24,000 nt of DNA, taken from an uncultured Clostridia bacterium. Lineage in GTDB: Bacteria; Bacillota; Clostridia; Oscillospirales; Oscillospiraceae. Location: the NCBI GenBank assembly GCA_947644595.1, contig CANSAE010000001.1, positions 233,605 to 257,604 of the forward strand, read 5' to 3'. Below are positions 6,887-15,318 of this stretch, piece by piece. Positions within the stretch are counted from its first letter, which is position 1. The number at the start of each line of letters is the position of its first letter. The translations under genes were made by a program, and so were the position numbers. Under the pieces are notes generated by a model that saw only the letters and a program-made list of their open reading frames with translations, was not told where the DNA came from and did no database searches.

Positions 6887-6987
6887 AAGCGGGCGCACGC
6901 CCCTGTTGCCGTTGTACGCGTTGTTGTTGTTCAGCGCGCCCGAAGAATTGACATTGCGCACGTTGTACGAATTGCCGGAATTCGGCG
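6887..6987 (-). repeat. DGR template repeat (TR)
   Basis: This noncoding copy of the VR lies between avd and the RT. Its VR-equivalent frame reads PNSGNSYNVRNVNSSGALNNNNAYNGNRGVRPL, with 11 AAY Asn codons. It has 25 coding-strand adenines. Confidence 0.9.
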
Positions 6988-7041
6988 GCGGGGCGTGCAA
7001 AAGGAAAAGAAGAACCTACAAAGTGTTCCCCAAACGGTTTT

Positions 7042-7446
7042 CTAAGCTCTCGTTTTGTCCCGCTTCTTCCACGCGGCCACCATGTACTTTACATCAAGAA
7101 CCAGTTTCGACCAATAATCGCAACTTTTCATTGAAATAAAGCCCATTTCGTGCGAAAGCTCAATAAAAAATAGAAGCTCCTTGCAATAGGTCATTGCCCG
7201 CGCTTGAAGCCTCTGCCGTTGTCTGAATTCGTCCGCTTGCCGCAAATCTAATTCGTTCGCTTCAAGCGTCATTTCGTATATGTCAACCGCTTTATCCTGA
7301 ATGCGGTTCACCAGCGTAAAGCGGTATTTCTTCGGGTAACGCTCCGTGCTGTTGGTGATCGTGAAGGTGTGCTTTACAAGGTCTTTCGCCTTCACAATCA
7401 CGTTGAATTCGGAAGGCTCCTTGCGTTCCCGTTCCTGCCCCTGCAT
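7042..7446 (-). CDS. avd: Accessory variability determinant (Avd), four-helix-bundle protein
   Basis: 134 aa, helical and basic. The stretch KAKDLVKHTFTITNSTERYPKKYRFTLVNRIQDKAVDIYEMTLEAN is typical of Avd / 23S-rRNA-IVS-like four-helix-bundle proteins. It sits directly 5' of the TR. AAAGGA lies upstream of ATG 7446. Confidence 0.85.
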   Translation of the reverse strand: MQGQERERKEPSEFNVIVKAKDLVKHTFTITNSTERYPKKYRFTLVNRIQDKAVDIYEMTLEANELDLRQADEFRQRQRLQARAMTYCKELLFFIELSHEMGFISMKSCDYWSKLVLDVKYMVAAWKKRDKTRA

Positions 7447-7674
7447 TCAAGCACCGTCCTTTCCTGATCCGCTCTAAAAGCGCGGTATCTTCGGCGCACC
7501 CCTCAAAATCGAAGCCCGCCGCCGTGATTGTCAGCGTGGCCGCGTGGCCGGACGGCGTAACGCCGCATAGCACCACCGCCGCCGAACCGCCGCACATTTC
7601 GCACGGCGGGCGAAGCTCTGTGAAGATGTTGCCGATTATGCACGATAATTCCGCGCCCGTGCAAGCGCACCGCG

Positions 7675-8565
7675 TCAACATTCGATCCGGCGCAACGCCG
7701 CATTCCATACGCCCGTTGATACCACGCCGTCCAAATCATCAAAGAGGATCAAGAACGGGTTTGCCGTTATGTCATTGAAAAGCACGGCTTCGATCAACTC
7801 AATGCGCGCGGTGTTGCTCTGTATCATGTTCACTAAATGGCCTACGGTGTCTTCGTCAAGCACGTTCTTCACCGAAGCGAACCATGCGTTGAAGTCGTTT
7901 TCCGCTTCCAGCTTAAACGCGTTCATGTAGGCTTGCAGGGCGTTATACTGCTGATCCCCCAAAAGCTCCAAACTTTCCATATAGGACACAAGATCGTTGA
8001 ACTCTTCAAGGCTCTGTGCCTTGTAGTCCGTGAACCACGCTTGAAGCTGTGCATTAAACGCGGTGGTGTCTATCTGATCCACCACGCCCGCCACCACTCC
8101 ACAAAGGGAAGGATCAAGGCGGCGATCCGTTATGACAGCCTGCGATATGGCCGTAACGCCTGCGCCCGTTGTAATGTCCGCAAGGCACAATTCGTATGCG
8201 TCCGCGTCCCTCTGCAACGCGGGCGGCGTGGGCGACGCGGAAGGCGTGGAAGACTTCACCACAACGGAAATTAACCTTTCCGTCAAGTCCCAGCGCACAA
8301 CAATTCGATCAATCCGGTTCAAAACGCCATCCGCAACCGGAAGCGTAAGGGAAAGATCGCCCGTGTTGTAATAGAAATAGCCGTTGATCCATGCCTTGCC
8401 TGCCTTCACGGTCACAACCATTCCCGAACCCGCCACAACTTGAAGATTGTTTGACGGGACGGGGAACACGCCGTTGCCGATAAAAGAAGCGAAGTATTCG
8501 GCCCATTCCTCAGCACGGTATACGCGATCATGGGAAACGGAATTGAAAAAACTTGATTTTTCCAT
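7675..8565 (-). CDS. Tail fibre / baseplate-associated structural protein (family not identified)
   Basis: 296-aa ORF with AAAGGGGTG upstream. It sits downstream of the Dit and Gp37-like genes. The N-terminal stretch FFNSVSHDRVYRAEEWAEYFASFIGNGVF...VTVKAGKAWINGYFY recurs in fibre-like proteins of Firmicute phages (from memory). Confidence 0.55.
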   Translation of the reverse strand: MEKSSFFNSVSHDRVYRAEEWAEYFASFIGNGVFPVPSNNLQVVAGSGMVVTVKAGKAWINGYFYYNTGDLSLTLPVADGVLNRIDRIVVRWDLTERLISVVVKSSTPSASPTPPALQRDADAYELCLADITTGAGVTAISQAVITDRRLDPSLCGVVAGVVDQIDTTAFNAQLQAWFTDYKAQSLEEFNDLVSYMESLELLGDQQYNALQAYMNAFKLEAENDFNAWFASVKNVLDEDTVGHLVNMIQSNTARIELIEAVLFNDITANPFLILFDDLDGVVSTGVWNAALRRIEC

Positions 8566-8577
8566 GTTTTCACCCCT

Positions 8578-9693
8578 TTACTTTGCAATTTGCCGTATCT
8601 GTGTAAGCAGGGCGGGCAAGCTCTCACCAAAGGTAATGTCGATTTCCTCAATGTTCTGTTGGTATGTTTCGGACACTTCGGTAATACGAACGTTGATCTT
8701 GATACCCCACCGTTTATTTACGCACGTTACCCTGTCGCCTAAGTCGTAGTCTTCGCGGTATTTCAGGTTTGCGTGCGTGTTGATCTTGCTGGAAAAACTC
8801 AACGTTTCGGCGTATTGTTCCAGCTCCGACGCGCCCCGCTCCAAGAGGCAAGCCAAATATTCCGCGTCCGTGCGCGTAATCTCCGTTTGCGTGCTGTCCG
8901 TGTAAACCTTCGTAATATCCGTTGCGTTTACAAAGATTTCTTCACGGTCAAGGCCGGACGCGCCGCCGCCTACTTCGGCCACAACCCGCGGTTCTACCTC
9001 TTCGCCGCCCACGTATGCGGTTGTTTTCAGGTTTTCAACGCTGTTTGTGTATTCCTGCTCTGTGATATTGTCGAATTCCTGCGAAAAGATACAAGGCGGG
9101 TTTTCTGTCTGATCCGCGGTCAGGTTGCGGCCAGCGTAGACGCTGAAATAGTGCTTTCCCGCGCGCACATCCGAACGTGAACGGAAGCCCAGCTTTGCCG
9201 CCTTTGCCGCCGTTTCCACCGCCAGAAGCGCATTTATAAAGGCTTCGGACGTATAATTGATTTTCCCGCTTCCCGTGTCCACGTCCAGCGGATCAAGAAG
9301 GATATTCGGAATTTTGCGGGCGACCACCCGCGGGGAAATGATATTTTCGCGGACAATCCGGTATAGAATATCCTGTGTCCCGCTCGTTGCTGTGATCTGA
9401 TCGCGCACAATGCGCTTTCCGATCCATTGCGTGATAAATTTGCCCTGCACTTCGATTTCTTCAAGGCCCTGCGAATTCTTGCTTATGTTCACATAGCGGA
9501 TTTCCGCGGCCTCCGTGTCCCCACGCTTCAAAATCAGGCGGTTTTTAATCAGAAGGGCAACGTGCCTTTCTGTGAACGGCACAAGCAATTTGAATTCCCC
9601 TGCCGCCCAATACCGCCGCGTCCAGATAAGGGAAGAAATTTCGTCAATCACCCCTTGAAGGATCATGTTTCGGTCATATATGTAAAGCTCCAC
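8578..9693 (-). CDS. Siphovirus Gp37-like tail protein (ReqiPepy6 Gp37 family, Tal-position gene)
   Basis: The N-terminal stretch MELYIYDRNMILQGVIDEISSLIWTRRYWAAGEFKLLVP is the recognisable start of the Sipho_Gp37 family. It lies directly after Dit. The start is GTG, 3 nt after the Dit stop. Confidence 0.7.
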   Translation of the reverse strand: MELYIYDRNMILQGVIDEISSLIWTRRYWAAGEFKLLVPFTERHVALLIKNRLILKRGDTEAAEIRYVNISKNSQGLEEIEVQGKFITQWIGKRIVRDQITATSGTQDILYRIVRENIISPRVVARKIPNILLDPLDVDTGSGKINYTSEAFINALLAVETAAKAAKLGFRSRSDVRAGKHYFSVYAGRNLTADQTENPPCIFSQEFDNITEQEYTNSVENLKTTAYVGGEEVEPRVVAEVGGGASGLDREEIFVNATDITKVYTDSTQTEITRTDAEYLACLLERGASELEQYAETLSFSSKINTHANLKYREDYDLGDRVTCVNKRWGIKINVRITEVSETYQQNIEEIDITFGESLPALLTQIRQIAK

Positions 9694-9696
9694 GCC

Positions 9697-10569
9697 TCAC
9701 ACCCCCAAATATAGATCATCGTGGTATATGGACACTTCCAGATTTTCAAGGTTTCCTTCTGCGGAATATCTGAAAAGGTTATCCCCAACAGAAAGTTGCA
9801 AATATGAACTGTCCACGTCCAGATAGCGGAACGCGTCCGTTACAATGCCGCCGTGCTTCAAGGTTACTTCTTTTTCCCCGTAGCCCGTGGAAACGGTCAG
9901 CGTGTCGCCTGCTTCCATCGTGTAATTTAGCTTGATGAATTCTTGCGTGTCCACGTTCAAAAGGGCGGGGTTTGTCACCATGCCCAGCGCGCGGAACTCC
10001 ACGCGTATTCCGGCCTGCACGTCCCCGTCGTTATACACGTTCACGATCAAGGAAGGTTGCCTATACCCAATTTCCCACCCCGGCACGATCTCAACGGGGA
10101 ATTCCAGCCCGCCGATCCACGTTGCTATATCGTCCCGCGTCTTGCTCTCCTTCCTCCAAAACGGATTAAGGCAAAGAAGCTGTATTGTGAAGTCCTGAAA
10201 AATGGCCTTGCGCGTGAACACGGGCGCGTTGTCAACCTTGCAATCAATCACCCGCACAAAATCGCCGTACTGATATGTCAGCGTGGCGGCGTACTGCGGG
10301 TTTAGAACGCGGTTCAGCCTGCGGCGGTATTCCCGCATTTGATCCTTGTTCCGCTCCTTGATACTGCCCACAATCTCAATTTCGCGGCTTTCTATGCGGT
10401 TGCCTAAATAGGTGTCGCCGTCCTGCCCCATGCTGTTTATGCTGTAAATTGCGTTGCGAACGTCAGAAAGGCCGCTAACGCTGTTCGTGTGGTAAACGGA
10501 AGCGTGGGAAAAGGCTACGCTTTCCCCACGCTCATTCGTATATGTCAGTATTTCGATCTTCCTTGCCAT
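9697..10569 (-). CDS. Distal tail protein (Dit, phage tail family protein)
   Basis: Its position is immediately after the tape measure; the ATG overlaps the TMP TAA as TAATG. At 290 aa it is the usual Dit size. The N-terminal pattern is ILTYTNERGESVAFS...SGLSDVRN. Confidence 0.75.
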   Translation of the reverse strand: MARKIEILTYTNERGESVAFSHASVYHTNSVSGLSDVRNAIYSINSMGQDGDTYLGNRIESREIEIVGSIKERNKDQMREYRRRLNRVLNPQYAATLTYQYGDFVRVIDCKVDNAPVFTRKAIFQDFTIQLLCLNPFWRKESKTRDDIATWIGGLEFPVEIVPGWEIGYRQPSLIVNVYNDGDVQAGIRVEFRALGMVTNPALLNVDTQEFIKLNYTMEAGDTLTVSTGYGEKEVTLKHGGIVTDAFRYLDVDSSYLQLSVGDNLFRYSAEGNLENLEVSIYHDDLYLGV

Positions 10570-13500
10570 TACGCCATTACCTCCCGCGCGATCATGCGGA
10601 ATTGCTTTGCGGCCTCCCGCTGTTGCTGTGCATAGCTCGTTTCATTGGCATAGATGTTTTGCACCACCTGAACGCCGCCGCCCCGCTCATTGCGGTTCAC
10701 CCTGCCGGAAGGCTGTTTCACTTCCGGCACGCTGGAAGCCGTGGCCGTGCGGATCGTCTTTTCAACGTCCCGCATTTCGCGGGCAAATCCTTGCCCTAAA
10801 CCTTCGGCCATGTATGCGCCAATTCCTGCAAATACCTTCGACGGGGAATTGATCTGCATTTCTGCTTCCACGGCGGCAACAATACGCCTCATCATAGAAC
10901 GCACATTGCTTTCCAGCCAGCCGGACATATTTTGAAAGCCCTGCCAAATGCCGCGCACCATGTTTTCCCCCGCCGCCGTAAACTGCGACGTGAAGCCGTT
11001 TAATGTTGTGACAATGGATTGAACGATCTGCGACATTTTGCCCGTGATTTCCGGTATACCCTGCACCATGCCGGACGCTATGGCCTTGTCCATGTCCACG
11101 CCTTCCGTTGTTAGCTTGCTATGCTGTGCGGTAAAGGCGGTAATAATGGATTGAACCACCTGCGCGGCCTTGCCCGTGATCTGCGGTATACCCTGCACCA
11201 TGCCAGACGCTATGGCCTTGTCCATGTTCACGCCCTCGGTTGTCAGCTTTCCATGCTGTGCGGTGAAGGCGGTAATGATGGATTGAACGATCTGTGCGGC
11301 CTTGCCTGTGATCTGCGGAATGCCGTTCACCATGCCGGACGCTATGGCCTTGTCCATTTCTACGCCTTCCGTTGTCAGCCTTCCGTGCTGTGCGGTGAAG
11401 GCCGTAATAACGGATTGTATTACTTCGGCCATCTTGCCCGTTATACTGCCCAGCCCGTTTATTATGCCTTCGGAAATGCGGGCGGCCATATCTACGCCTA
11501 TTTGCCCGAATTGTCCAGCCTGCGCCGTCATTCCGGCTACTACCTGTTGCACAATGGCCGTTACCGCGCCGTCCAGCGCGGCCACGTTGGATATAATGCC
11601 GTCGTTCACCGAACGCACCGCTTCGGCGGCGGTCATTTCCCCCGCGCCACCCATTGCGGCGGTCATTTCAGAAGAAACGCCGCCCATGCTGTCACCAAAG
11701 CCCACGCCTACGCCTTCGCCCATATACGAACCGATTTCCGCAAATACGGTGGAAGGGGAGTGAATGCCAAAAAACCCCTTTATGTTCGATACAAGGTTAG
11801 AAGCCCAGCCGGACACCTGTTGCCACAACCAGCCCGCCGCCCCGCTGATACCTTCCCACAACCCGCGAAGCAGATTGCCGCCCGCGTTGATAAGCTCCCC
11901 GCGTAGGTTAGAAAATGCCTGCACAATGCCCGTTACAATCTGCGGCACGGCCTTCACGATTTCAACAATGATTGTCGGAAGATTTTTTATCAGCGAAACG
12001 AACAGTTGCACGCCTGCTTGTACGATCTGCGGTATACTTCCAACCAAAGCCGTTACAAGAGAAGTGATTATTTGCGGTATAGCCGCGACAACGGTTGTAA
12101 TGATTTCCGGCAATGCCTGAATCAGCGACACAAATAATTCAATGCCCGCTTGAATAATCTGCGGTATGCTGTTTGTTAGGGCTGTCACCAGCGAAGAAAC
12201 AATTTGCGGTATTGCGGTAACAACGGTTGTAATGATTTCCGGCAATGCCTGAATCAGCGACACAAACAATTCAATGCCCGCTTGAATGATCTGCGGTATA
12301 CTGTTTGTTAAGGCGGTCAGCAGTCCGGCCAAAATCTGCGGGATTGCCCCGACAATCGTTGCAATGATTTCCGGCAATGCCTGAATCAGCGACACAAATA
12401 ATTCAATGCCTGCTTGAATAATCTGCGGTATACTGCCAGTTAAGGCAGTTATAAGCCCCTCTATAATCTGCGGGATCGCCGCAACGATTGTTTCAATAAT
12501 CTGCGGCAAGGCTTGTACAAGAGAAGTGAAAAGGGAAATACCCGCTTGAATGATCTGCGGGATTGCCGAAAGAAGCCCGTCAATCAACTCCGTTATCAGA
12601 GAAGGAAGCGCGGCCACCAAAACGGGAACCGCGTTTATAATCCCTTGCGCAAGCCCTGTTATAAGCTGTAATGCCGCGTCGATCAACATAGGGATATTTT
12701 CAACCAGCGTTTGCACCATTGCAACCACGACTTCAACGATCTTCGGTAACAACTGCGGCAACGCTTCCCCGATCCCGTTTGCCAGCGCAAGAACAATCTG
12801 CACCGCCCCTTCCAGAAGAAGGGGAAGAACGCTTATAAGCCCGTCGATCAAAGAAAGGATAATTTGCGTTGCGGCTTCTGCAATCGCGGGCAAGGCCCCA
12901 ATCAGCCCTTGCACAATCGCGTTTATCATTTCTACCGCCGCTGTGCTGATTGTCGGAAGGCTTGTTACAAGCCCGTCAACCAGCCCTAACACAATTTCGG
13001 TTGCAAACTCTGTAATCTGTGGAAGGATCGTCGAAAAGTCTTCCACCAATCCGGCAAGGGCTGTCCCGAATGTGTCAGCCATTTTAGAAATATCGCCGTT
13101 TGCGGAAGTCGCGCCCGCCGAAAGCTCATTGACAAAATCTGAAAGGGCGGGTAATGCCTCTTGCCCTATGGGAAGGACAAAGTTTGTTTTCAGGACGCGC
13201 CCCAAACCGGACATTGCCGATCCAAAATCATCATACTTTACCGCATTTATCGCGGAAAGCGCGTCTGTTGTGGTGCTAATTTCGCCGTTCAGGTTTGTTA
13301 AAGCCTTCATGCCCTCAACGCCTAAATCTTCCCACATTGTCCCGAACAAGGCAACGCCCGCCGCGTTCTGTGCTAAAGGATCGTCCATAGCAAAAAGGGC
13401 GGCTGTCACGTCTTCAAACGCTTTCGCCGCCTGATCCCCGCCAGCGGCAAAGGCCGCCGCGGTTTCTTCTGCATTTACTCCAATGTCTGCGAACGCCTGC

Positions 13501-15227
13501 ATTGTGCCGTCCGAACCGTCTTTAACCCTGATCCCGAATTCCTTTACAGCGTCGCCCAGCTTGTCAACGGAAAACGTGCCAGCACTTGCGCCGTTTGCGA
13601 AGCTGTTAAACATATCTTCCGCGTCAAGTCCAAGCGTTTTGAAATGCACGGAATATTCGTTGATACTGTCCAGCAAGTCCCCGTTTTTATCAAGGCCGTT
13701 TTGCGCGCCCTGCGCAATCAGGTTAAACGCGTCTTCGCCGGACATTCCGAACTGATCCATAAGCATATTGACGGCGCGCATTTGCTCTTGTATGTCATAT
13801 CCGAAGGTATCACGCAACATAAGGGCGTTTTGCGTCATTGCTTCAATGTTCGCCGGATCAAGGTCTTTTGCGGTCTGCGCCACCGTGGACATTGCGGCGG
13901 CTATGTCCTCCATGTTTTCCCCGAAGTTGTTGTTGTAGATGTTCAACATGGCTTCGTCAAAACCTTTTGCCGCCGCTTCCGCAATGCCTGTTGACGCTTC
14001 AAAATCGTTCATTGCGCTTTTGACTTCATCAGCGAAGCCCACGGCATACCCGATCCCCGCAACCATAGCCGTTCCGATTGCGGCAACGCTTATGCCGATC
14101 GCTTTTAGCCCTGCTCCCATAGCGGAAAAAGCGCCGCTAAAATCCGCGCTGTTCTTTGTGCCTTCTTCAAGCTCCCGGTTCAGCGCGTCAAGCTGATTTT
14201 CGGTTTCGTACATACCCGTGCGGGCTTCGGTCAAAGCCCTTTGAAGCGTCTGCGCCTCTTCGGACATTGCCCCTTGCTGTTGAACCGCTGTTTTATAGGC
14301 GGCTTCTGCCTGTTCAACCTTCTTCTTTTGCTCTGCAAGAGCTTTGTTCAAAATCTCTTGTTTCGCGGTGATCCCGTCAATTTTGTTTTCGCTGTTGGCG
14401 TATTGCGCCGTTACCATTTTTAGTTCGGCGGCCAAATCTCCTAAAGTACCGTCAATCTCTTTTGCGGCAATCTGGTATTGCGTAAAGGCTTTTTCCGCTT
14501 CACTTACTTGCGCGGTTTCTTTTGCAAGCTCTGAATTCAATTCGTTTATTTGCTTTTGTGTCGAGTTGAATTCCTGCCGCGCCCCTTCAAGCTGTTGTTT
14601 CAAAGAAACAGTTTCCTCGGAAAACTCCCCCGTTTCATGTGCGGCGCGGTTATACGCATTTGTTAGTTGCTCAATTTTCTTCCCCTGTTGCTCCTGAATT
14701 TGCGAAAGAATTTTACCGTTTTTTGTCAATGCCTCTGTTTTGTTAGAAGTAATCCCCATTTCAGAAGCCGCGGTTTTCAATTCCGCTCCAAGCACGGACA
14801 AATGACGGTCAATTTCGTTCACGGAATCAGAATAACTATTTCCTGTTTTTTTAGCCGCTTCAAGCTGTACCGATGTTTTACTTAACTCGTTTTGGGTTCT
14901 AACCATTTCGGCCTTTGCATTATTTAGGTTTGTTTGCATTTTTAAGAGCGCAGGATCATTTTTCTCCAATGCGCCCTGCATTTTCCCTAACGCGGCTTCT
15001 GCGGCGGCCACGGCCTTCTTTTGTTCTTCAAGCTGCTTATTCAAAACGCCTTGTTTCGCGGTCAAACCCTCAATACTTTTTTCGTTTCCCTCGAATTCAG
15101 CAGAAACGAGTTTCATTTCCGAACCAATTTCCCGAAGGGAAGCATTTATCCCTTTGCAGGCATCCCTATACTCCTTTTCGCCATCAACGACAATTTTTGT
15201 TCTAATTGCATCTTCCTTGCCTGCCAT
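10569..15227 (-). CDS. Tail tape measure protein (1552 aa)
   Basis: It is the largest ORF. It has an N-terminal coiled coil (K/E/Q-rich), central hydrophobic Gly/Ala segments and internal 44-aa tandem repeats. It lies between the chaperone and Dit. GGAGGGAG lies upstream of ATG 15227. Confidence 0.95.
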   Translation of the reverse strand: MAGKEDAIRTKIVVDGEKEYRDACKGINASLREIGSEMKLVSAEFEGNEKSIEGLTAKQGVLNKQLEEQKKAVAAAEAALGKMQGALEKNDPALLKMQTNLNNAKAEMVRTQNELSKTSVQLEAAKKTGNSYSDSVNEIDRHLSVLGAELKTAASEMGITSNKTEALTKNGKILSQIQEQQGKKIEQLTNAYNRAAHETGEFSEETVSLKQQLEGARQEFNSTQKQINELNSELAKETAQVSEAEKAFTQYQIAAKEIDGTLGDLAAELKMVTAQYANSENKIDGITAKQEILNKALAEQKKKVEQAEAAYKTAVQQQGAMSEEAQTLQRALTEARTGMYETENQLDALNRELEEGTKNSADFSGAFSAMGAGLKAIGISVAAIGTAMVAGIGYAVGFADEVKSAMNDFEASTGIAEAAAKGFDEAMLNIYNNNFGENMEDIAAAMSTVAQTAKDLDPANIEAMTQNALMLRDTFGYDIQEQMRAVNMLMDQFGMSGEDAFNLIAQGAQNGLDKNGDLLDSINEYSVHFKTLGLDAEDMFNSFANGASAGTFSVDKLGDAVKEFGIRVKDGSDGTMQAFADIGVNAEETAAAFAAGGDQAAKAFEDVTAALFAMDDPLAQNAAGVALFGTMWEDLGVEGMKALTNLNGEISTTTDALSAINAVKYDDFGSAMSGLGRVLKTNFVLPIGQEALPALSDFVNELSAGATSANGDISKMADTFGTALAGLVEDFSTILPQITEFATEIVLGLVDGLVTSLPTISTAAVEMINAIVQGLIGALPAIAEAATQIILSLIDGLISVLPLLLEGAVQIVLALANGIGEALPQLLPKIVEVVVAMVQTLVENIPMLIDAALQLITGLAQGIINAVPVLVAALPSLITELIDGLLSAIPQIIQAGISLFTSLVQALPQIIETIVAAIPQIIEGLITALTGSIPQIIQAGIELFVSLIQALPEIIATIVGAIPQILAGLLTALTNSIPQIIQAGIELFVSLIQALPEIITTVVTAIPQIVSSLVTALTNSIPQIIQAGIELFVSLIQALPEIITTVVAAIPQIITSLVTALVGSIPQIVQAGVQLFVSLIKNLPTIIVEIVKAVPQIVTGIVQAFSNLRGELINAGGNLLRGLWEGISGAAGWLWQQVSGWASNLVSNIKGFFGIHSPSTVFAEIGSYMGEGVGVGFGDSMGGVSSEMTAAMGGAGEMTAAEAVRSVNDGIISNVAALDGAVTAIVQQVVAGMTAQAGQFGQIGVDMAARISEGIINGLGSITGKMAEVIQSVITAFTAQHGRLTTEGVEMDKAIASGMVNGIPQITGKAAQIVQSIITAFTAQHGKLTTEGVNMDKAIASGMVQGIPQITGKAAQVVQSIITAFTAQHSKLTTEGVDMDKAIASGMVQGIPEITGKMSQIVQSIVTTLNGFTSQFTAAGENMVRGIWQGFQNMSGWLESNVRSMMRRIVAAVEAEMQINSPSKVFAGIGAYMAEGLGQGFAREMRDVEKTIRTATASSVPEVKQPSGRVNRNERGGGVQVVQNIYANETSYAQQQREAAKQFRMIAREVMA
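11011..11443 (-). repeat. In-frame 132-bp (44-aa) tandem repeat family 2 within the tape measure, about 3.3 copies
   Basis: The unit is ITGKAAQIVQSIITAFTAQHGKLTTEGVNMDKAIASGMVQGIPQ. The marker CATGCC recurs at 11067, 11199 and 11331, a 132-bp period. Confidence 0.85.
11910..12570 (-). repeat. In-frame 132-bp (44-aa) tandem repeat family 1 within the tape measure, about 5 copies
   Basis: The unit is SIPQIIQAGIELFVSLIQALPEIITTVVAAIPQIITSLVTALTN. TTCCGGCAATGCCTGAATCAGCGACACAAA recurs at 12105, 12237 and 12369. More diverged copies lie near 11973 and 12501. Confidence 0.9.
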
Positions 15228-15268
15228 CGCCGCTCCCTCCTTCTTACAGTAAAATGGGCATAGAAAAA

Positions 15269-15301
15269 CCCCCGCACAACTGTTTCCAGTTAATGCGGGG
15301 G
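15269..15301 (-). terminator. Intrinsic terminator after the Zn-ribbon cassette gene, immediately upstream of the tape measure RBS
   Basis: On the minus strand CCCCCGCA pairs with TGCGGGGG, with additional inner pairing (AACTG/CAGTT), and is followed by TTTTTCT. Confidence 0.6.
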
Positions 15302-15318
15302 CTTCTGCCCTTCGGTTG

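Noticed and set aside
6791-7000. A 69-aa minus-strand ORF (MHAPPPNSGNSYNVRNVNSSGALNNNNAYNGNRGVRPLRW...).
   Set aside because: This is the TR read in the VR frame, and it is Asn-rich because of the AAY template codons. It has no RBS and runs on into the structured spacer. It is treated as noncoding template RNA, not a gene.
6988-7003. Possible extension of the TR/VR homology, based on a shared GCACGCC on the coding strand.
   Set aside because: It needs an 8-nt indel, which breaks the frame, and the flanking bases do not match. It is most likely a chance match in GC-rich sequence.
11910-12570. Regularly spaced 132-bp repeats, considered as a CRISPR-like or other noncoding array.
   Set aside because: The repeats are contiguous with no unique spacers, in frame, and lie inside the tape measure ORF. 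They are coding tandem duplications.
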